DNA of 63,495 nucleotides, counting the filler, from Chiloscyllium plagiosum (Eukaryota), in the NCBI RefSeq assembly GCF_004010195.1. It is 5 parts of one record of this genome, joined end to end, with 100 filler letters (N's around TTAATTAATTAA, not from the genome) between each part and the next. Parts side by side here need not be neighbours in the genome. Positions count along the whole stretch, not along the records: positions 13,635 to 35,582 come from NC_057717.1; positions 35,683 to 48,872 come from NC_057717.1; 3 more parts are not named here. One strand, written 5' to 3'. Of this stretch, positions 24,601 to 35,699 are shown in pieces (position 1 is the first letter of the stretch; every line of letters starts with the position of its first letter). Made by a program: the position numbers and the translations under genes. Under the pieces are notes generated by a model. It was not told where the DNA came from, searched no databases, and saw only the letters and a list, made by a program, of their open reading frames with translations.

Positions 24601-25478
24601 CATAGGAGTCAGGCTAATAAGGTTATATCACAGGAGATCACGGAGAGCTCGTCAATTAGATACAAAATCCGCTTGACAGTAGGAGACAGAGGTTTCTGGG
24701 AGATATTTATTGTTCTAACTGGTGGTCTGGGACCTGCCATTTACGGCAAGGACCAGTCTGCTGTTGTTCGTTATTTTGCAAAATATTTGAATGAGTATAT
24801 AGTAAGCAGAGAGGTTAAGATTGTTTTCGAAGTTAAAATTGGTTTTATAGTGGACAGTAAAGACGATGATTTAAAAGGACGATGAGACTATGATCAACTG
24901 GGTCACTGGGCCAAGGAATGACAGATGAGGTATTGCATTTTATTAGATGAACCATGGCAGAATTTACACAGTTAACGGTCGGGCTCTGGAGAATGTGGTT
25001 GAAACGGCAGACCCAGGCGTGCAGGTACATAGTTCCTGAAAATGGTGATGGACGATTAAACTGCTCACTGGAGGAGAGGACTCCACAAATAACCCCAACC
25101 TCAATACTGGAACAGCTCCGAACATCAATGAAAAGAATGCAGTCTCTAGAACATTCTCAGCCAGTCGTGTTGAGTTTATGATCCACCTCACCTCATTCAT
25201 GATGCCCACAGAATCACAGATGCCAGTCTTTAACCAATTGGATTCGCTGCACGTGACATCGCAGCACGGAAATAGCATGCTCAATGTGCTTTCAGGTCAG
25301 CCTCCAAATTGATATGGTGCTAAAGTGAAAATGTCACGAGACTGCTAATCCACAACCTAATGCTCTGGAAACTGATGGAAGTTTTCGAGATCTAAAATCT
25401 TGTGTCAGTAGCAGTAACCCTAAGGTGAATGTCGATTGTCAGCACCAATCTCCTTCTTCAATCAACTTTCAGGAAACA

Positions 25479-25804
25479 TTTTTTTTAGATTAGATTACAT
25501 TAGATTACAGTGTGGAAACAGGCCCTTCGGCCCAACAAGTCCACACCGACCCGCCGAAGCGAAACCCACCCATACCCCTACATTTACCCCTTACCTAACA
25601 CTATGGGCAATTCAGTATGGCCAATTCACCTGACCCTGCACATCTTTTGGACTGTGGGAGGAAACCGGAGCACCCGGAGGAAACCCACGCAGACACGGGG
25701 AGAACGTGCAAACTCCACACAGTCAGTCGCCTGAGGCGGGAATTGAACCCGGGTCTCAGGCGCTGTGAGGCAGCAGTGCTAACCACTGTGCCACCGTGCC
25801 GCCC
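25479..25804 (-). mobile_element. Full-length young HE1/V-SINE
   Basis: Minus strand: A box TGGCACAGTGG, B box GGTTCAATTCC, V-domain, LINE-derived tail ending in aatct repeats and an A run. Absent at the paralogous site near 34613. Confidence 0.95.
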
Positions 25805-27149
25805 ACAAATCTCCTGACTTTTCCGGGTCCGGTTGGAGTCAGTACAGACGCACAGACATGTGATATACATTTCAATGGTCTCTGAAACTGCCAAGCAAGG
25901 CATTCAATTGTATCAAACTTCGCCGAGATCTGAAAGGACAAATCCAGACAGAACACACGGCTCCATCCTCGGTATTGGAAAAGGGAACGGGAACAACAGT
26001 CCTGTTGAGACAGACCTCCCTCCGAAAATCTGGACGGCACGGTGGCACAGTGGTTCGCACTACTGCCTCATAGCGCCAGAGATCCGGGTTCAACTCCCGT
26101 CTCAGGTGACTGACTGTGTGGAGTTTGCACATTCTCCCCGTGTCTNNNNNNNNNNNNNNNNNNNNNNNNNNNNNNNNNNNNNNNNNNNNNNNNNNNNNNN
26201 NNNNNNNNNNNNNNNNNNNNNNNNNNNNNNNNNNNNNNNNNNNNNNNNNNNNNNNNNNNNNNNNNNNNNNNNNNNNNNNNNNNNNNNNNNNNNNNNNNNN
26301 NNNNNNNNNNNNNNNNNNNNNNNNNNNNNNNNNNNNNNNNNNNNNNNNNNNNNNNNNNNNNNNNNNNNNNNNNNNNNNNNNNNNNNNNNNNNNNNNNNNN
26401 NNNNNNNNNNNNNNNNNNNNNNNNNNNNNNNNNNNNNNNNNNNNNNNNNNNACTTCTTTTAATCCATCTATTTTGCTCCACCATTCAATATATAAATAAT
26501 TCTCGTATAAATCGTGATTATTAAACATGATGTGGCTGTAAACGATTACTAATTGTGGATCTTACTTTTATGAAACGAGCTCACGTTCTCTGCTGCACGA
26601 TTCCATCCCGGTACCGGCTGAATAGCAAAACCCAGCTTCAGGATCCTCCATCTGTAAAATGCGCATGCATTGTGTTCAGCTAAACCAGGAATGTAATCAC
26701 CTCCACAAGCCTTGAACCGCAGCTGAAACTGGGATTAGTAATCTAGATTTAGAGGAAACTATATTTCAAATCAGGGGGAGAATCCTGTGGAGATCTGAAA
26801 TTCCTTGTCGGTGTCACGTGGTCAGTCAGGTCACGCGTGTTCTCGTGAAGAAATTCGTGAAAGACACAGTGCTGTCGTCGGTGATTGTAGTCTTAAAGTG
26901 TCACATTTACTGTACTATTTCATTACTATATATATGATTTAAAATTTACTTAGACTGTGCAATTACGTTTGGTAAAATAACTTTATTTTTTGTTTTTTAT
27001 TGTTGTTTTTGGCGGAGTGGCCTTTAATCTGCTTATTTTCCATAGGCTCCATAATCCACATTGCTCGATTTTCTACAACGTAGTGTTGCACAGGAAAGCA
27101 GCTACATCATTATCGGAGAAAAACCTGAAATGTGGTTCACCTTCCATCT

Positions 27150-27730
27150 GGACACCATACACCTGAACTCCCCATCCCTTCAGTTTCTAGAAATCATTAT
27201 TTATATTCTGTGCTTTGGCTTCCACAGCCTTATGTGATAGATAATCCGCCAGGTTCACCCGTCTCTGAGAGCAGACATTTACACTCATCTCGATGTAGAG
27301 TGACATTCCTGTATCTAATACGGTGGCCCCTTGGTTTAGACATTCCAGCCAGGGGAATGATCATCCCTGCTTCCAATCTGTCGCACCCTGTCAGAAATCT
27401 CCACTCATTTTCCAAAACCCTATTGAATACAGGCCACATCGACGCGAATTCTGCTCCCTCAGCAATCCTGTCATCTCAGCGATCAGTCTGTTCATCCTTC
27501 ATCACACTACCTCAATGTTCGGGTTGTCCTTTATTAGGTAAGGATGTAAAAACTGCACACAATATCGCACAATGTTCAGATGAGGTCTCACTAAAGCCCT
27601 GTACAGCTGCAGTAAGACACCATTACTACTAGACACAAATCCGCTCGAAATTTCGGTCAACGCAGCATTTATCTTCATAATTGCTTTCTGATGCTTCAAT
27701 ATTGTTTTTAATGTCTGGCATACAATAATC
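27150..27730 (-). mobile_element. Old CR1/L2-type LINE 3' fragment
   Basis: LLQLYRALVRPHL...CVQFLHPYLIKD (27502-27738). Confidence 0.75.
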
Positions 27731-27775
27731 CTTTTCAATGTTATAGCTACTCACTTTGTGTATCTAGGTACACTG

Positions 27776-28355
27776 TCGAATAGTGTGGTGCTGGAAAAGC
27801 ACAAACCGTCATGCAGCATCTGAGGAGCAGGAGAATCGACGTTTCAGGCATAATCCCTTCATCAGAATTTAGGCTTTTGGTTCAAGGGGCCGGAGAAAAA
27901 GATGGGAGGGGGATGGGGCCGGAGAAAGGTAGCTAGTAATGTGATAGGTAGGCGAAGGTGGGGGTGAAATTGATAGTCCGGAGAGGAGGGTGGAAGAGAT
28001 AGATGGAAAGGAAAATGCACATCTAGGTCAAGTCAAGAGGGTGGTGTCGAGTCGGAAGGTTGGAACTGTGATATGGTCGGGTAGGAGAAATGAGGAAACT
28101 AATGAAATCCACACTGACCCCTTGTAGAGTCCCAAGGTGGAAGATGAGGTATTCTTCCTCCAGACGTCTTATGGTTAGGGATTGAGGAGGACCAGGACCT
28201 GCATGTCCTTGGCTGAGTGCGAGCCTCATTCCTGACGAATGGCTGATACCCGAAACCTCAATTCTACTGCGCCTCCAATGCTGCATATTCAGATGTGCGT
28301 TTTCAGCACCACTCTTCGACTCTGTTCTCCAGCATCTGCAGTACTCTCTTTCTCC
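27776..28355 (-). mobile_element. 5'-truncated Penelope-like element with GIY-YIG C-terminus and inverted terminal (pLTR-like) repeats
   Basis: RRLEEEYLIFHLGTLQGVSVDF (ORF 28023-28286). Family-B terminal repeat at left (minus strand, hammerhead core 27834-27869) and inverted at right (plus strand, degenerate core 28228-28263). Confidence 0.8.
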
Positions 28356-28379
28356 GTGCGTAAATACACTATTCAGTGT

Positions 28380-28690
28380 GGTAAAAACAATGACTGCAGA
28401 TGCTGGAAACCAGATTCTGGATTAGTGGTGCTGGAAGAGCACAGCAGTTCAGGCAGCATCCGAGGAGCAGCGAAATCGACGTTTCGGGCAAAAGCCCTTC
28501 ATCAGGAATAAAGGCAGTGAGCCTGAAGGGTGGAGAGATAAGCGAGAGGAGGATGCGGGCGAGGACAAAGTAGCATAGAGTACAATGGGTGAGTGGGCGA
28601 GGGGATGAAGGTGATAGGTCAGGGAGGAGAGGGTGGAGTGGATAGGTGGAAAAGGAGATAGGCAGGTAGGACAAGTCCGGACAAGTCAAT
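28380..28690 (-). mobile_element. Penelope-like element 3' terminal fragment, family B variant
   Basis: gtaaaaacaatgactgcagatgctgg terminus shared with 40054-40153 and 55978-56151, followed by the purine-rich region also seen at 27900 and 60660. Confidence 0.8.
28474..28509 (-). ncRNA. Minimal type-I hammerhead ribozyme motif, intact core
   Basis: AUUC-CUGAUGA-A-GGGC(UUUU)GCCC-GAAAC-GUC-GAUU; palindromic ACGU at stem III; GUC cleavage triplet. Confidence 0.75.
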
Positions 28691-31600
28691 GGGACAGTTC
28701 CGTCGTCATAATCCGTCATCATTTAGTGCTGTCAGCAGGCTGGGAACTATTGCATTTCATTTCCTCAACAAATGTTTGATGTGCATTATGAATAGTTGTG
28801 GCCCAAGCACTGACCCCGGCAACCTCCCGGGTACCTTNNNNNNNNNNNNNNNNNNNNNNNNNNNNNNNNNNNNNNNNNNNNNNNNNNNNNNNNNNNNNNN
28901 NNNNNNNNNNNNNNNNNNNNNNNNNNNNNNNNNNNNNNNNNNNNNNNNNNNNNNNNNNNNNNNNNNNNNNNNNNNNNNNNNNNNNNNNNNNNNNNNNNNN
29001 NNNNNNNNNNNNNNNNNNNNNNNNNNNNNNNNNNNNNNNNNNNNNNNNNNNNNNNNNNNNNNNNNNNNNNNNNNNNNNNNNNNNNNNNNNNNNNNNNNNN
29101 NNNNNNNNNNNNNNNNNNNNNNNNNNNNNNNNNNNNNNNNNNNNNNNNNNNNNNNNNNNNNNNNNNNNNNNNNNNNNNNNNNNNNNNNNNNNNNNNNNNN
29201 NNNNNNNNNNNNNNNNNNNNNNNNNNNNNNNNNNNNNNNNNNNNNNNNNNNNNNNNNNNNNNNNNNNNNNNNNNNNNNNNNNNNNNNNNNNNNNNNNNNN
29301 NNNNNNNNNNNNNNNNNNNNNNNNNNNNNNNNNNNNNATCCCTGTACGCTATCAGAAATTTAGCATGGCGAATTCACTCTCACTTGCACACTTTTGGATT
29401 TTCAGCGAAATTGATCGTCCAGAAGAAACCTGTGCAAACACGGGCGTGGTGAGCAAACGCCACACAGTTACCCGAGCGTGGAAGTGAACCTGCGTCCTTG
29501 GCATTGTGATACAGCAGCGCTAACCACCGAGCCATGCTGCTGACTGAATTATGTACCTGACATGGCACAATAAGCAAGGATATTGCATGCTATTCCCTGC
29601 AGTCATTACCGTGCTCACAAAATTCAAAGCAATTCAAATCAAATCTGAGAGATCACTATCTTTGATTCCTTTTCGAAACGAAGCTCCTGCTTGTGGTGTG
29701 GCATGGGGTCGTCAGCAGAGGGTGTTATTACATCACTTTGAACACACGATGGAGCGACAGAGTGTGAGAGAGTGAGGATGGACATTTTGATCCCCATTTC
29801 AATGGATTCACTCATAATACAACAGAAACGCAAATGCTCAGAGATGCAGATGCGGAAATACACACATTAATCCACTAAAACACACACACAGACATCGGGA
29901 AACACAGATACACACAAACGCATGCACACATACAAAACCTTAGACACACAAACACATGCAGACATTCGCTCCCTCAAGCCTGCCTTGCCATTCAGTAAGA
30001 CCATGGGTGATCTGATCTATGCCTCACCTTTATTTCCACTTTGGAAATTACGCAGGGAAAGTGACTGAGAAGTTAGAGTGGAAGCCCTTTGGGACCAGTG
30101 ACCGTAACTCTATTAGTTTAAAAATTGTTCTGGGAAATTAGGGGCATGTTCCAAAGATAAAAAATAAACTTTAGTGAAAGGCTAATTTTGATGGTATCAG
30201 GCAGGAACATTTAAAAGAAGTTTGGGGAAAATTGTTCGCAGGTAGAGGTACATCTGGTAAATGGGAGTCTTTCAAAAGTGACACAAAGGGAGGTCATGTA
30301 CAGCATATTACTGTTAGTGCGAAGGACAGTGCTAGTATCTGTAGGGAACTGAACTTGACTAGAGATATTGAGGCACTGCTCAAGGAAAAAGAGGAAAGTA
30401 TATGCTAGCTACTGGCAACTGAATCAAGTGAATCCCTCGAGCATACGGAGTGTAGGAGTACATATAGCACGGAAATTAGGACGGCAAAAGGGGAGCGTGA
30501 GATAGCCTTGGCTGATCAGGTAATGAAGAATGGAAAAACATTATGCAAATATATTAAGGGCAAAAAAAAGTAGAGTGACACTGGGGCCCTTAAAAATAAA
30601 AGAGCCTTCTATGCGTGGAACCACAGGGTCTGAATTAGGTTTATTAGGTTTATTGTCACGAGGACAGCGAAACGTTTACAAGTCGCCACATGTGACACAA
30701 TATTAAGTACAAATGTACCCACTCCCATAGGTACAGAACCTTGGTGCAATGTGGAAAAAATAACGAAATCAAAGATTCCTGCAAAAAGCCCTTTCTGTAA
30801 AAGTGGAAAAAAAATATAACAGTTAAGAGCTCAACGACACAATCCTTAAATACAGGTCCATGTGGCGTTCACACTTCTCACCAGGACTCAAACTTCCACA
30901 CTCTGCTGCCTTACAGCCAGTTCCTGCTCAATGGGTGAGGTACTACACAAATATATCACGTCAACATTTACTGTGGTGAAAGACATGGAAGCTCAAGGAA
31001 ATAAATACATGAAACGAGCCCACATTACAGAAGAGGAATTCCTGCTGGTCTTGAAGCGCATAACCGCTGATACATACCCAGGATATGTTCCACTGTATCC
31101 TGGAGCATTGTAAGAAGCTGGGGATGAATTTGCGAGCCACTAGCTGACAGATATGTAATTTCCAAAGATGTGCAGTTTAGGTGAATTGGCCATGCTAAAT
31201 TCCCCCATAATATTCAGGGATGTGTAGGTTAGGTGTATTTGTCAGGGGGTAAACATCGAATAATAAGGTGGAGACCTGGAACATTAACTTTAATTTCTGT
31301 TCCCTGATGCTGCCAGACAGCTGAGCTTTCCCAACACCTTAGGTCATTGTTTCTGTTTTACAGAATCGATAGTTTGTTCAATATTTATTGAATCTTTGAT
31401 AGCCAAGGGTGGGGTGCTGGAGGACTGGAAGACAGTTAATGTTATGGCATTATCTTGAAAAAGGCTGCACGAAAAGTCCAGGGAGCTATAAACCAGTGAG
31501 TGTAATGTTTGGTGGCTCAGTGTTTAGCACTGTAGCTTCACTGTGCCAGGGTCTTGGGTTCGATTCCAACCTCAGGCGACAGCTTATACGGAGTTTATCC

Positions 31601-34600
31601 GTTTTACCCGTGTCTATAGGGGCTTCTTCCGGGTGCGCCGGTTTCCCCCTGTGTTCCAAAGATGTACATCTTTACTACATTACTCATGCTGAATTACCCA
31701 TCGTGTTCAGGGAGGGGAAGGTTAGGTTCATTAGTGAGGGGTTAAGCGTCGAGTAATAGGGTTGGGGAATGGGCACGGATGGGATGCTGTTTCGAGTATC
31801 GGTGTGCAGTTGTTGGGCCGAAGGATCTGCTTGCACACTGTACGAATACTTTAAAAATAGTGTTTGGAGCAAAGTCTGAGAGGTCGGATCTACATGCATT
31901 CGCAAAGGCAAGGACTAATATTGGACTGTCAATAAGGATTTGTGTCTGTGAAAACGTGTCTCACAAACCTGATTAAAATTTTCCAAGAGGTAACCAAGAA
32001 GATTGATGAAGCTAAAACAGCATGTGTTGTCTAAGTTGACCTTAGTGAGGCCCAACGGCGTTCCACATAGGAGTCAGGCTAATAAGGTTATATCACAGAA
32101 GATCACAGAGAGCTAACCAATTAGATACAAAATTCGCTTGACAGTAGGAGACAGAGGTTTCTGGGAGATATTTATTGTTCTGACTGGTGGTCTGGGACCT
32201 GCCATTTACGGCAAGGACCAATCTGCCGTTGTTCGTTATTTTGCAAAATATTTGAATGAGTACATAGTAAGCAGAGAGGTTAAGACTGTTTTCGAAGTCA
32301 AAATTGGTTTTATAGTGGACAGTGAAGAATGTGATTTAAAAGGACGATGAGACTATGATCAACTGGGTCACTGGGCCAAGGAATGACAGATGAGATATTG
32401 CATTTTATTAGATGAACCATGGCAGAATTTACACAGTTAACGGTCGGGCTCTGTAGAATGTGGTTGAACCGGCAGTCCCAGGCGTGCAGGTACATAATTC
32501 CTGAAAATAGTGATGAACGATTAAACTGCTCACTGGGGGAGAGGACTCCACAAATTACCCCAACCTCAATACTGGAACAGCTCTGAACATCAATGAAAAG
32601 GATGCAGTCTTTAGAACATTCTCAGCCAGTCGTGTTGAGTTTATGATCCACCTCACCTCATTCATGATGCCCACAGAATCACAGATGCCAGTCTTTAACC
32701 AATTGGATTCGCTGCACGTGACATCGCAGCACGGAAANNNNNNNNNNNNNNNNNNNNNNNNNNNNNNNNNNNNNNNNNNNNNNNNNNNNNNNNNNNNNNN
32801 NNNNNNNNTAGCTGACAGATATGTAATTTCCAAAGATGTGCAGTTTAGGTGAATTGGCCATGCTAAATTCCCCCATAATATTCAGGGATGTGTAGGTTAG
32901 GTGTATTTGTCAGGGGGTAAACATCGAATAATAAGGTGGAGACCTGGAACATTAACTTTAATTTCTGTTCCCTGATGCTGCCAGACGGCTGAGCTTTCCC
33001 AACACCTTAGGTCATTGTTTCTGTTTTACAGAATCGATAGTTTGTTCAATATTTATTGAATCTTTGACAGCCAAGGGTGGGGTGCTGGAGGACTGGAAGA
33101 CAGTTAATGTTATGGCATTATCTTGAAAAAGGCTGCACGAAAAGTCCAGGGAGCTATAAACCAGTGAGTGTAATGTTTGGTGGCTCAGTGTTTAGCACTG
33201 TAGCTTCACTGTGCTAGGGTCTTGGGTTCGATCCCAACCTCAGGCGACAGCTTATACGGAGTTTATCCGTTTTACCCGTGTCGATAGGGGCTTCTTCCGG
33301 GTGCGCCGGTTTCGTCCTGTGTTCCAAAGAAGTGCATCTTTACTACATTAGTCATGCTGAATTACCCATCGTGTTCAGGGAGGGGAAGGTTAGGTTCATT
33401 AGTGAGGGGTTAAGCGTCGAGTAATAGGGTTGGGGAATGGGCACGGATGGGATGCTTTTTGGAGTATCGGTGTGGAGTTGTTGGGCCGAAGGATCTGCTT
33501 GCACACTGTACGAATACTTTAAAAATAATGTTTGGAGCAAAGTCTGAGAGGTCGGATCTACATGCATTCGCAAAGGCAAGGGCTGATATTGGACTGTCAA
33601 TAAGGATTTGTGTCTGTGAAAACGTGTCTCACAAACCTGATTAAACTTTTCCAAGAGGTAACCAAGAAGATTGATGAAGCTAAAACAGCATGTGTTGTCT
33701 AAGTAGCCCTTAGTGAGGCCCAACGGCGTTCCACATAGGAGTCAGGCTAATAAGGTTATATCACAGAAGATCACGGACAGCTAGCCAATTAGATACAAAA
33801 TTCGCTTGACAGTAAGAGACAGAGGTTTCTGGGAGATATTTATTGTTCTGACTGGTGGTCTGGGACCTGCCATTTACGGCAAGGACCAGTCTGCTGTTGT
33901 TCGTTATTTTGCAAAATATTTGAATGAGTACATAGTAAGCAGAGAGGTTAAGACTGTTTTCGATGTCAAAATTGGTTTTATAGTGGACAGTGAAGAAGAT
34001 GATTTAAAAGGACGATGAGACTATGATCAACTGGGTCACTGGGCCAAGGAATGACAGATGAGATATTGCAGTTTATTAGATGAACTATGGCAGAATTTAC
34101 ACAGTTAACGGTCGGGCTCTGGAGAATGTGGTTGAACCGGCAGTCCCAGGCGTGCAGGTACATAATTCCTGAAAATGGTGATGGACGATTAAACTGCTCA
34201 CTGGAGGAGAGGACTCCACAAATAACCCCAACCTCAATACTGGAACAGCTCTGACCATCAATGAAGAGGATGCAGTCTTTAGAACATTCTCAGCCAGTCG
34301 TGTGGAGTTTATGATCCACCTCACCTCATTCATGATGCCCACAGAATCTCAGATGCCAGTCTGCAACCAATTGGATTCGCTGCACGTGACATCGCAGCAC
34401 GGAAAAAGCATGCTCTATGTGCTTTCAGGTCGGCTCCCACATTGATATGGTGCTAAAGTGAAAATGTCACGAGACTGGTAATCCACACCAGCCTAATGCT
34501 CTGGAAACTGATGGAAGTTTTCGAGATCTAAAATCTTGTGTCAGTAGCAGTAACCCTAAAGTGAATGTCGATTGTCAGCACCAATTTCCTTCCGCAACCA

Positions 34601-34842
34601 ACTTTCAGGAAACAAATCTCCTGTGTTTTCCTGGTCCGGCTTAGGAGTCAGTCCAGACACACAGACATGTGATATACATTTCAATGGTCTCTGAAACTGC
34701 CAAGCAAGGCACTCAATTGTATCAAACTTCGCCGAGGTCTGACAGGAAAAATCCAGACAGAACACCCGGCACCATCCTCGGTATTGGAAAAGGGAACGGG
34801 AACAACAGTCCTGTTGATACAGACCTGCCTCCTAATATCTGG

Positions 34843-35120
34843 GGGGCACGGTGGCACGGTGGTTAGCATTGCTGCCTCATAGCGCCAGAGACCGGAGTTC
34901 AACTCCCACCTCAGGTGACTGTGTGGAGTTTGCACATTCTCCCCGTGTCTGCGTGGGTTTCCTCCGGGTGCTCCACTTTCCTCCCACAGTCCAAAAATGT
35001 GCAGGTAAGGTCAATTCGCAATGCCATATTGCCCGTAGTGTTAGGTGTAGGGGAATGGGTCTGGACTTGTTGGGCTGAAGGGGCTGTTTCCACAATGTAA
35101 CTAAGTAATCAAATCTAAAG
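34843..35120 (+). mobile_element. HE1/V-SINE (paralogue of 26031-26145)
   Basis: ggcacggtggcacggtggttagcattgctgcctca...gagttcaactcc, V-domain and tail. Confidence 0.9.
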
Positions 35121-35699
35121 TAATACACGAGCTTGTGACAACATTTACAGAACCCCTGACTGTAAAAAAAAAACATTGGGAAAGGAGTAGGCCATTCAAC
35201 ACATGGAACCTTCTCCATTCTAGTTCATGCCTCAATGCACTTAACACCACCCCACACGCACTGTATATATACCATTATGTGATTAAACATCGCGAATTTT
35301 AAAACAAGAACTTCTTTCGATCCATCTATTTTGCTCCACCATTCAATATATAAATAATTCTCGTATAAATCGTGATTATTAAACATGATGTGTCTGTAAA
35401 TGATTACTAATTGTGGATCTTACTTTTATGAAACGAGCTCACGTTTTCTGCTGCACGATTCCATCCCGGTACCGGCTGAATAGCAAAACCCAGCTTCAGG
35501 ATCCTCCGTCTGTAAAATGCGCATGCATTGTGTTCAGCTAAACCAGGAATGTAATCACCTCCACAAGCCTTGAACCGCAGCTNNNNNNNNNNNNNNNNNN
35601 NNNNNNNNNNNNNNNNNNNNNNNNNNTTAATTAATTAANNNNNNNNNNNNNNNNNNNNNNNNNNNNNNNNNNNNNNNNNNNNCATTATTTGTGGTGTTG

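Larger units (their letters stand above)
21723..35582. repeat. Segmental duplication: copy A ~21723-26723; copy B 29338-35582, with the ~1.6-kb block 23677-25271 present twice in B (31142-32737, 32810-34405)
   Basis: Collinear near-identical text and near-identical ORF translations (e.g. 23944 vs 31409; 24538 vs 32138 vs 33806). Content is CR1 and SINE debris. Confidence 0.93.

Noticed and set aside
25730..25804. tRNA-like A and B boxes
   Set aside because: Head of a tRNA-derived SINE, continuous with the V-domain and LINE tail; not a tRNA gene.
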